Origin: Eledone cirrhosa
Lineage: Eukaryota
Reading direction: 5' to 3'
Assembly (NCBI GenBank): GCA_964016885.1
Contig: OZ024747.1
Span: 81,158,001-81,222,000, forward strand
Length of the DNA stretch: 64,000 bases
How positions within the stretch are numbered: the stretch's first letter is position 1; each line of letters begins with the position of its first letter. The translations under genes and the position numbers were made by a program. Shown here in pieces: positions 29,401-40,514 of the stretch. Below the pieces are notes generated by a model. It made no database searches and was not told the origin of the DNA. It was given only the letters and a program-made list of their open reading frames with translations.

Positions 29401-32400
29401 CTCATTTCGTATTTCAAGTCCAAATAGCCATTCTATCGCTAAAACAAACTACATTTTCTGTTCCTATTAAGTGCTAAATACGTTTAGGTTTTTGGACGTA
29501 TTTAACTGAACAAATTTTGTATTTTTGTTAATCGCTTGTTAAATGCATAGACCTATCTCAATCATTACCTTCTTGCTAGCTATTTTCAAACCTTAATTCC
29601 TAACGTATTTTCAAACCCCAAAAAAAAAGCAAAATCCTTTCCTTCTTCCTTCTTCGAAGGCACGGGGCGGTCAAACGCCTAACACCCACAGCCATCATGT
29701 GGCCCCCTACCCTCGCACTCTCTCTCTCTCTCTCTCTCTCCCTATAAATATATGATAGGAATTCACTTCGCCAAATTTCATTTCTTTGCCTGCTGTCCGA
29801 ACGAAAATCATGCAAACGTAAGGTACAGACTTCATCTCTCTCTCCTCTCTCTCTCTCATTTCGTATTTCAAGTCCAAATAGCCATTCTATCGCTAAAACA
29901 AACTACATTTTCTGTTCCTATTAAGTGCTAAATACGTTTAGGTTTTTGGACGTATTTAACTGAACAAATTTTGTATTTTTGTTAATCGCTTGTTAAATGC
30001 ATAGACCTATCTCAATCATTACCTTCTTGCTAGCTATTTTCAAACCTTAATTCCTAACGTATTTTCAAACCCCAAAAAAAAAGCAAAATCCTTTCCTTCT
30101 TCCTTCTTCGAAGGCACGGGGCGGTCAAACGCCTAACACCCACAGCCATCATGTGGCCCCCTACCCTCGCACTCTCTCTCTCTCTCTCTCTCTCCCTATA
30201 AATATATGATAGGAATTCACTTCGCCAAATTTCATTTCTTTGCCTGCTGTCCGAACGAAAATCATGCAAACGTAAGGTACAGACTTCATCTCTCTCTCCT
30301 CTCTCTCTCTCATTTCGTATTTCAAGTCCAAATAGCCATTCTATCGCTAAAACAAACTACATTTTCTGTTCCTATTAAGTGCTAAATACGTTTAGGTTTT
30401 TGGACGTATTTAACTGAACAAATTTTGTATTTTTGTTAATCGCTTGTTAAATGCATAGACCTATCTCAATCATTACCTTCTTGCTTAGGTTTTTGGACGT
30501 ATTTAACTGAACAAATTTTGTATTTTTGTTAATCGCTTGTTAAATGCATAGACCTATCTCAATCATTACCTTCTTGCTAGCTATTTTCAAACCTTAATTC
30601 CTAACGTATTTTCAAACCCCAAAAAAAAAGCAAAATCCTTTCCTTCTTCCTTCTTCGAAGGCACGGGGCGGTCAAACGCCTAACACCCACAGCCATCATG
30701 TGGCCCCCTACCCTCGCACTCTCTCTCTCTCTCTCTCTCTCCCTATAAATATATGATAGGAATTCACTTCGCCAAATTTCATTTCTTTGCCTGCTGTCCG
30801 AACGAAAATCATGCAAACGTAAGGTACAGACTTCATCTCTCTCTCCTCTCTCTCTCTCATTTCGTATTTCAAGTCCAAATAGCCATTCTATCGCTAAAAC
30901 AAACTACATTTTCTGTTCCTATTAAGTGCTAAATACGTTTAGGTTTTTGGACGTATTTAACTGAACAAATTTTGTATTTTTGTTAATCGCTTGTTAAATG
31001 CATAGACCTATCTCAATCATTACCTTCTTGCTTAGGTTTTTGGACGTATTTAACTGAACAAATTTTGTATTTTTGTTAATCGCTTGTTAAATGCATAGAC
31101 CTATCTCAATCATTACCTTCTTGCTAGCTATTTTCAAACCTTAATTCCTAACGTATTTTCAAACCCCAAAAAAAAAGCAAAATCCTTTCCTTCTTCCTTC
31201 TTCGAAGGCACGGGGCGGTCAAACGCCTAACACCCACAGCCATCATGTGGCCCCCTACCCTCGCACTCTCTCTCTCTCTCTCTCTCTCCCTATAAATATA
31301 TGATAGGAATTCACTTCGCCAAATTTCATTTCTTTGCCTGCTGTCCGAACGAAAATCATGCAAACGTAAGGTACAGACTTCATCTCTCTCTCCTCTCTCT
31401 CTCTCATTTCGTATTTCAAGTCCAAATAGCCATTCTATCGCTAAAACAAACTACATTTTCTGTTCCTATTAAGTGCTAAATACGTTTAGGTTTTTGGACG
31501 TATTTAACTGAACAAATTTTGTATTTTTGTTAATCGCTTGTTAAATGCATAGACCTATCTCAATCATTACCTTCTTGCTTAGGTTTTTGGACGTATTTAA
31601 CTGAACAAATTTTGTATTTTTGTTAATCGCTTGTTAAATGCATAGACCTATCTCAATCATTACCTTCTTGCTAGCTATTTTCAAACCTTAATTCCTAACG
31701 TATTTTCAAACCCCAAAAAAAAAGCAAAATCCTTTCCTTCTTCCTTCTTCGAAGGCACGGGGCGGTCAAACGCCTAACACCCACAGCCATCATGTGGCCC
31801 CCTACCCTCGCACTCTCTCTCTCTCTCTCTCTCTCCCTATAAATATATGATAGGAATTCACTTCGCCAAATTTCATTTCTTTGCCTGCTGTCCGAACGAA
31901 AATCATGCAAACGTAAGGTACAGACTTCATCTCTCTCTCCTCTCTCTCTCTCATTTCGTATTTCAAGTCCAAATAGCCATTCTATCGCTAAAACAAACTA
32001 CATTTTCTGTTCCTATTAAGTGCTAAATACGTTTAGGTTTTTGGACGTATTTAACTGAACAAATTTTGTATTTTTGTTAATCGCTTGTTAAATGCATAGA
32101 CCTATCTCAATCATTACCTTCTTGCTTAGGTTTTTGGACGTATTTAACTGAACAAATTTTGTATTTTTGTTAATCGCTTGTTAAATGCATAGACCTATCT
32201 CAATCATTACCTTCTTGCTAGCTATTTTCAAACCTTAATTCCTAACGTATTTTCAAACCCCAAAAAAAAAGCAAAATCCTTTCCTTCTTCCTTCTTCGAA
32301 GGCACGGGGCGGTCAAACGCCTAACACCCACAGCCATCATGTGGCCCCCTACCCTCGCACTCTCTCTCTCTCTCTCTCTCTCCCTATAAATATATGATAG

Positions 32401-35400
32401 GAATTCACTTCGCCAAATTTCATTTCTTTGCCTGCTGTCCGAACGAAAATCATGCAAACGTAAGGTACAGACTTCATCTCTCTCTCCTCTCTCTCTCTCA
32501 TTTCGTATTTCAAGTCCAAATAGCCATTCTATCGCTAAAACAAACTACATTTTCTGTTCCTATTAAGTGCTAAATACGTTTAGGTTTTTGGACGTATTTA
32601 ACTGAACAAATTTTGTATTTTTGTTAATCGCTTGTTAAATGCATAGACCTATCTCAATCATTACCTTCTTGCTTAGGTTTTTGGACGTATTTAACTGAAC
32701 AAATTTTGTATTTTTGTTAATCGCTTGTTAAATGCATAGACCTATCTCAATCATTACCTTCTTGCTAGCTATTTTCAAACCTTAATTCCTAACGTATTTT
32801 CAAACCCCAAAAAAAAAGCAAAATCCTTTCCTTCTTCCTTCTTCGAAGGCACGGGGCGGTCAAACGCCTAACACCCACAGCCATCATGTGGCCCCCTACC
32901 CTCGCACTCTCTCTCTCTCTCTCTCTCTCCCTATAAATATATGATAGGAATTCACTTCGCCAAATTTCATTTCTTTGCCTGCTGTCCGAACGAAAATCAT
33001 GCAAACGTAAGGTACAGACTTCATCTCTCTCTCCTCTCTCTCTCTCATTTCGTATTTCAAGTCCAAATAGCCATTCTATCGCTAAAACAAACTACATTTT
33101 CTGTTCCTATTAAGTGCTAAATACGTTTAGGTTTTTGGACGTATTTAACTGAACAAATTTTGTATTTTTGTTAATCGCTTGTTAAATGCATAGACCTATC
33201 TCAATCATTACCTTCTTGCTTAGGTTTTTGGACGTATTTAACTGAACAAATTTTGTATTTTTGTTAATCGCTTGTTAAATGCATAGACCTATCTCAATCA
33301 TTACCTTCTTGCTAGCTATTTTCAAACCTTAATTCCTAACGTATTTTCAAACCCCAAAAAAAAAGCAAAATCCTTTCCTTCTTCCTTCTTCGAAGGCACG
33401 GGGCGGTCAAACGCCTAACACCCACAGCCATCATGTGGCCCCCTACCCTCGCACTCTCTCTCTCTCTCTCTCTCTCCCTATAAATATATGATAGGAATTC
33501 ACTTCGCCAAATTTCATTTCTTTGCCTGCTGTCCGAACGAAAATCATGCAAACGTAAGGTACAGACTTCATCTCTCTCTCCTCTCTCTCTCTCATTTCGT
33601 ATTTCAAGTCCAAATAGCCATTCTATCGCTAAAACAAACTACATTTTCTGTTCCTATTAAGTGCTAAATACGTTTAGGTTTTTGGACGTATTTAACTGAA
33701 CAAATTTTGTATTTTTGTTAATCGCTTGTTAAATGCATAGACCTATCTCAATCATTACCTTCTTGCTTAGGTTTTTGGACGTATTTAACTGAACAAATTT
33801 TGTATTTTTGTTAATCGCTTGTTAAATGCATAGACCTATCTCAATCATTACCTTCTTGCTAGCTATTTTCAAACCTTAATTCCTAACGTATTTTCAAACC
33901 CCAAAAAAAAAGCAAAATCCTTTCCTTCTTCCTTCTTCGAAGGCACGGGGCGGTCAAACGCCTAACACCCACAGCCATCATGTGGCCCCCTACCCTCGCA
34001 CTCTCTCTCTCTCTCTCTCTCTCCCTATAAATATATGATAGGAATTCACTTCGCCAAATTTCATTTCTTTGCCTGCTGTCCGAACGAAAATCATGCAAAC
34101 GTAAGGTACAGACTTCATCTCTCTCTCCTCTCTCTCTCTCATTTCGTATTTCAAGTCCAAATAGCCATTCTATCGCTAAAACAAACTACATTTTCTGTTC
34201 CTATTAAGTGCTAAATACGTTTAGGTTTTTGGACGTATTTAACTGAACAAATTTTGTATTTTTGTTAATCGCTTGTTAAATGCATAGACCTATCTCAATC
34301 ATTACCTTCTTGCTTAGGTTTTTGGACGTATTTAACTGAACAAATTTTGTATTTTTGTTAATCGCTTGTTAAATGCATAGACCTATCTCAATCATTACCT
34401 TCTTGCTAGCTATTTTCAAACCTTAATTCCTAACGTATTTTCAAACCCCAAAAAAAAAGCAAAATCCTTTCCTTCTTCCTTCTTCGAAGGCACGGGGCGG
34501 TCAAACGCCTAACACCCACAGCCATCATGTGGCCCCCTACCCTCGCACTCTCTCTCTCTCTCTCTCTCTCCCTATAAATATATGATAGGAATTCACTTCG
34601 CCAAATTTCATTTCTTTGCCTGCTGTCCGAACGAAAATCATGCAAACGTAAGGTACAGACTTCATCTCTCTCTCCTCTCTCTCTCTCATTTCGTATTTCA
34701 AGTCCAAATAGCCATTCTATCGCTAAAACAAACTACATTTTCTGTTCCTATTAAGTGCTAAATACGTTTAGGTTTTTGGACGTATTTAACTGAACAAATT
34801 TTGTATTTTTGTTAATCGCTTGTTAAATGCATAGACCTATCTCAATCATTACCTTCTTGCTTAGGTTTTTGGACGTATTTAACTGAACAAATTTTGTATT
34901 TTTGTTAATCGCTTGTTAAATGCATAGACCTATCTCAATCATTACCTTCTTGCTAGCTATTTTCAAACCTTAATTCCTAACGTATTTTCAAACCCCAAAA
35001 AAAAAGCAAAATCCTTTCCTTCTTCCTTCTTCGAAGGCACGGGGCGGTCAAACGCCTAACACCCACAGCCATCATGTGGCCCCCTACCCTCGCACTCTCT
35101 CTCTCTCTCTCTCTCTCCCTATAAATATATGATAGGAATTCACTTCGCCAAATTTCATTTCTTTGCCTGCTGTCCGAACGAAAATCATGCAAACGTAAGG
35201 TACAGACTTCATCTCTCTCTCCTCTCTCTCTCTCATTTCGTATTTCAAGTCCAAATAGCCATTCTATCGCTAAAACAAACTACATTTTCTGTTCCTATTA
35301 AGTGCTAAATACGTTTAGGTTTTTGGACGTATTTAACTGAACAAATTTTGTATTTTTGTTAATCGCTTGTTAAATGCATAGACCTATCTCAATCATTACC

Positions 35401-38400
35401 TTCTTGCTTAGGTTTTTGGACGTATTTAACTGAACAAATTTTGTATTTTTGTTAATCGCTTGTTAAATGCATAGACCTATCTCAATCATTACCTTCTTGC
35501 TAGCTATTTTCAAACCTTAATTCCTAACGTATTTTCAAACCCCAAAAAAAAAGCAAAATCCTTTCCTTCTTCCTTCTTCGAAGGCACGGGGCGGTCAAAC
35601 GCCTAACACCCACAGCCATCATGTGGCCCCCTACCCTCGCACTCTCTCTCTCTCTCTCTCTCTCCCTATAAATATATGATAGGAATTCACTTCGCCAAAT
35701 TTCATTTCTTTGCCTGCTGTCCGAACGAAAATCATGCAAACGTAAGGTACAGACTTCATCTCTCTCTCCTCTCTCTCTCTCATTTCGTATTTCAAGTCCA
35801 AATAGCCATTCTATCGCTAAAACAAACTACATTTTCTGTTCCTATTAAGTGCTAAATACGTTTAGGTTTTTGGACGTATTTAACTGAACAAATTTTGTAT
35901 TTTTGTTAATCGCTTGTTAAATGCATAGACCTATCTCAATCATTACCTTCTTGCTTAGGTTTTTGGACGTATTTAACTGAACAAATTTTGTATTTTTGTT
36001 AATCGCTTGTTAAATGCATAGACCTATCTCAATCATTACCTTCTTGCTAGCTATTTTCAAACCTTAATTCCTAACGTATTTTCAAACCCCAAAAAAAAAG
36101 CAAAATCCTTTCCTTCTTCCTTCTTCGAAGGCACGGGGCGGTCAAACGCCTAACACCCACAGCCATCATGTGGCCCCCTACCCTCGCACTCTCTCTCTCT
36201 CTCTCTCTCTCCCTATAAATATATGATAGGAATTCACTTCGCCAAATTTCATTTCTTTGCCTGCTGTCCGAACGAAAATCATGCAAACGTAAGGTACAGA
36301 CTTCATCTCTCTCTCCTCTCTCTCTCTCATTTCGTATTTCAAGTCCAAATAGCCATTCTATCGCTAAAACAAACTACATTTTCTGTTCCTATTAAGTGCT
36401 AAATACGTTTAGGTTTTTGGACGTATTTAACTGAACAAATTTTGTATTTTTGTTAATCGCTTGTTAAATGCATAGACCTATCTCAATCATTACCTTCTTG
36501 CTTAGGTTTTTGGACGTATTTAACTGAACAAATTTTGTATTTTTGTTAATCGCTTGTTAAATGCATAGACCTATCTCAATCATTACCTTCTTGCTAGCTA
36601 TTTTCAAACCTTAATTCCTAACGTATTTTCAAACCCCAAAAAAAAAGCAAAATCCTTTCCTTCTTCCTTCTTCGAAGGCACGGGGCGGTCAAACGCCTAA
36701 CACCCACAGCCATCATGTGGCCCCCTACCCTCGCACTCTCTCTCTCTCTCTCTCTCTCCCTATAAATATATGATAGGAATTCACTTCGCCAAATTTCATT
36801 TCTTTGCCTGCTGTCCGAACGAAAATCATGCAAACGTAAGGTACAGACTTCATCTCTCTCTCCTCTCTCTCTCTCATTTCGTATTTCAAGTCCAAATAGC
36901 CATTCTATCGCTAAAACAAACTACATTTTCTGTTCCTATTAAGTGCTAAATACGTTTAGGTTTTTGGACGTATTTAACTGAACAAATTTTGTATTTTTGT
37001 TAATCGCTTGTTAAATGCATAGACCTATCTCAATCATTACCTTCTTGCTTAGGTTTTTGGACGTATTTAACTGAACAAATTTTGTATTTTTGTTAATCGC
37101 TTGTTAAATGCATAGACCTATCTCAATCATTACCTTCTTGCTAGCTATTTTCAAACCTTAATTCCTAACGTATTTTCAAACCCCAAAAAAAAAGCAAAAT
37201 CCTTTCCTTCTTCCTTCTTCGAAGGCACGGGGCGGTCAAACGCCTAACACCCACAGCCATCATGTGGCCCCCTACCCTCGCACTCTCTCTCTCTCTCTCT
37301 CTCTCTCCCTATAAATATATGATAGGAATTCACTTCGCCAAATTTCATTTCTTTGCCTGCTGTCCGAACGAAAATCATGCAAACGTAAGGTACAGACTTC
37401 ATCTCTCTCTCCTCTCTCTCTCTCATTTCGTATTTCAAGTCCAAATAGCCATTCTATCGCTAAAACAAACTACATTTTCTGTTCCTATTAAGTGCTAAAT
37501 ACGTTTAGGTTTTTGGACGTATTTAACTGAACAAATTTTGTATTTTTGTTAATCGCTTGTTAAATGCATAGACCTATCTCAATCATTACCTTCTTGCTTA
37601 GGTTTTTGGACGTATTTAACTGAACAAATTTTGTATTTTTGTTAATCGCTTGTTAAATGCATAGACCTATCTCAATCATTACCTTCTTGCTAGCTATTTT
37701 CAAACCTTAATTCCTAACGTATTTTCAAACCCCCAAAAAAAAGCAAAATCCTTTCCTTCTTCCTTCTTCGAAGGCACGGGGCGGTCAAACGCCTAACACC
37801 CACAGCCATCATGTGGCCCCCTACCCTCGCACTCTCTCTCTCTCTCTCTCTCTCCCTATAAATATATGATAGGAATTCACTTCGCCAAATTTCATTTCTT
37901 TGCCTGCTGTCCGAACGAAAATCATGCAAACGTAAGGTACAGACTTCATCTCTCTCTCCTCTCTCTCTCTCATTTCGTATTTCAAGTCCAAATAGCCATT
38001 CTATCGCTAAAACAAACTACATTTTCTGTTCCTATTAAGTGCTAAATACGTTTAGGTTTTTGGACGTATTTAACTGAACAAATTTTGTATTTTTGTTAAT
38101 CGCTTGTTAAATGCATAGACCTATCTCAATCATTACCTTCTTGCTAGCTATTTTCAAACCTTAATTCCTAACGTATTTTCAAACCCCAAAAAAAAAGCAA
38201 AATCCTTTCCTTCTTCCTTCTTCGAAGGCACGGGGCGGTCAAACGCCTAACACCCACAGCCATCATGTGGCCCCCTACCCTCGCACTCTCTCTCTCTCTC
38301 TCTCTCTCCCTATAAATATATGATAGGAATTCACTTCGCCAAATTTCATTTCTTTGCCTGCTGTCCGAACGAAAATCATGCAAACGTAAGGTACAGACTT

Positions 38401-39791
38401 CATCTCTCTCTCCTCTCTCTCTCTCATTTCGTATTTCAAGTCCAAATAGCCATTCTATCGCTAAAACAAACTACATTTTCTGTTCCTATTAAGTGCTAAA
38501 TACGTTTAGGTTTTTGGACGTATTTAACTGAACAAATTTTGTATTTTTGTTAATCGCTTGTTAAATGCATAGACCTATCTCAATCATTACCTTCTTGCTT
38601 AGGTTTTTGGACGTATTTAACTGAACAAATTTTGTATTTTTGTTAATCGCTTGTTAAATGCATAGACCTATCTCAATCATTACCTTCTTGCTAGCTATTT
38701 TCAAACCTTAATTCCTAACGTATTTTCAAACCCCAAAAAAAAAGCAAAATCCTTTCCTTCTTCCTTCTTCGAAGGCACGGGGCGGTCAAACGCCTAACAC
38801 CCACAGCCATCATGTGGCCCCCTACCCTCGCACTCTCTCTCTCTCTCTCTCTCTCCCTATAAATATATGATAGGAATTCACTTCGCCAAATTTCATTTCT
38901 TTGCCTGCTGTCCGAACGAAAATCATGCAAACGTAAGGTACAGACTTCATCTCTCTCTCCTCTCTCTCTCTCATTTCGTATTTCAAGTCCAAATAGCCAT
39001 TCTATCGCTAAAACAAACTACATTTTCTGTTCCTATTAAGTGCTAAATACGTTTAGGTTTTTGGACGTATTTAACTGAACAAATTTTGTATTTTTGTTAA
39101 TCGCTTGTTAAATGCATAGACCTATCTCAATCATTACCTTCTTGCTTAGGTTTTTGGACGTATTTAACTGAACAAATTTTGTATTTTTGTTAATCGCTTG
39201 TTAAATGCATAGACCTATCTCAATCATTACCTTCTTGCTAGCTATTTTCAAACCTTAATTCCTAACGTATTTTCAAACCCCCAAAAAAAAGCAAAATCCT
39301 TTCCTTCTTCCTTCTTCGAAGGCACGGGGCGGTCAAACGCCTAACACCCACAGCCATCATGTGGCCCCCTACCCTCGCACTCTCTCTCTCTCTCTCTCTC
39401 TCCCTATAAATATATGATAGGAATTCACTTCGCCAAATTTCATTTCTTTGCCTGCTGTCCGAACGAAAATCATGCAAACGTAAGGTACAGACTTCATCTC
39501 TCTCTCCTCTCTCTCTCTCATTTCGTATTTCAAGTCCAAATAGCCATTCTATCGCTAAAACAAACTACATTTTCTGTTCCTATTAAGTGCTAAATACGTT
39601 TAGGTTTTTGGACGTATTTAACTGAACAAATTTTGTATTTTTGTTAATCGCTTGTTAAATGCATAGACCTATCTCAATCATTACCTTCTTGCTTAGGTTT
39701 TTGGACGTATTTAACTGAACAAATTTTGTATTTTTGTTAATCGCTTGTTAAATGCATAGACCTATCTCAATCATTACCTTCTTGCTAGCTA
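23413..39791 (+). repeat. 16.4-kb tandem array of 31 near-identical units (24 long of 547 bp, 7 short of 454 bp; long units carry two copies of a 93-bp module)
   Basis: The 71-aa marker ORF recurs at spacings of 547 or 454 bp. Order: L,S4,L6,S2,L13,L(+2 bp),S,L,L,L(truncated). The module is TTAGGTTTTTGGACG...ACCTTCTTGC. Confidence 0.98.
39405..39411 (+). promoter_or_regulatory. TATA box-like motif (TATAAAT) in every array unit; last copy shown
   Basis: (CT)n-CCCTATAAATA is followed by initiator-like TCACTT/TCATTT, AAAATCATG and AAC|GTAAG. Function is inferred only. Confidence 0.35.
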
Positions 39792-39827
39792 CCCAACATC
39801 CCTCCCTCCCACCCCCACACACCACCA

Positions 39828-40514
39828 TTGCTATTACGTGGACCAATCATAAAACAGCCCCCACGTATCACCAGTATTATTACGCGGACCAATCAGAAAC
39901 CAGAGGCCTATACTATCGCTTGCCTGGTTGCCTTTCGATATACGATATATGATGGATGGATGGACTGCGGAATCCTGGAGAGTGGAGGTGAGAGAGAAAA
40001 ATCTGGACGCTCAGCGACAATGCCAAAGATAAAGACAAATTCACCCCTTGGACGAGAATGCGAGCACTCCTCATTGTTTCGACCGCGGACGGCTAACATA
40101 ACACCATCGCCCCCCGCCCCTCACCGCCCCCAACCCCCAAACGCAATCCAAAACTTCAGAGTTGGTACCATAAATGTAGGCACCCTAAAGGGTCGCGCTA
40201 ACGAGGTTGTAGAAATGCTTGAACGTAAGGAGGTCGATGTTTGTTGTATTCAAGAGACCAGGTGGAGGGGTGGGTCTGCTAGGTTCATTGAGGGTAAAAA
40301 ACGTTGTTATAAGCTTTTCTGGGTGGGAAACGACGATGGGCTGGGTGGAGTAGGAATCATGGTAGCAGAAAAGTGGGCAGATAAGATAATAGACGTAAAT
40401 AGAGTGAACGACAGAATAATTAAAATACGACTTGTCCTCAATAGAACTACGAGTAATATCTGCGTACGCACCCCAATCCGGACTGCCCGGCACTATAAAA
40501 GACAGATTCTATGA
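39828..40514 (+). CDS. RTE ORF, N-terminal part (AP endonuclease N-half); continues via a frameshift near 40441
   Basis: RVGTINVGTLKGR, DVCCIQETRW, GVGI and RVNDRII are APE motifs. The frame is open from 39789, and the true start is uncertain (ATG at 40020 is a candidate). Confidence 0.85.
   Translation: MLLRGPIIKQPPRITSIITRTNQKPEAYTIACLVAFRYTIYDGWMDCGILESGGEREKSGRSATMPKIKTNSPLGRECEHSSLFRPRTANITPSPPAPHRPQPPNAIQNFRVGTINVGTLKGRANEVVEMLERKEVDVCCIQETRWRGGSARFIEGKKRCYKLFWVGNDDGLGGVGIMVAEKWADKIIDVNRVNDRIIKIRLVLNRTTSNICVRTPIRTARHYKRQIL
39832..39895 (+). promoter_or_regulatory. Duplicated 18-bp motif with CCAAT box in the RTE leader
   Basis: TATTACGTGGACCAATCA and TATTACGCGGACCAATCA lie 46 bp apart. 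Confidence 0.4.

Noticed and set aside
23501-39477. 71-aa minus-strand ORF repeated in each unit as a tandem gene family
   Set aside because: It runs through a (GA)n microsatellite, has no recognisable domain, and is frameshifted in unit 27. Its identity simply reflects DNA identity.
23413-39791. CRISPR-like array, rDNA/5S, snRNA, spliced-leader or histone gene cluster
   Set aside because: There are no variable spacers and no recognisable RNA gene or histone sequence. The AATTTTG Sm-like motif alone is too weak.
23413-39791. Retrozyme or Helitron-end concatemer
   Set aside because: I saw no CUGANGA core on either strand. The CTAG in the unit lacks the adjacent GC-rich subterminal hairpin.
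40050-40105. HDV-like ribozyme in the RTE 5' region (CTCCTCAT...CCGCGGACGGCTAA)
   Set aside because: P1 and P2 of the nested double pseudoknot could not be formed by eye. A descriptor search would be needed.
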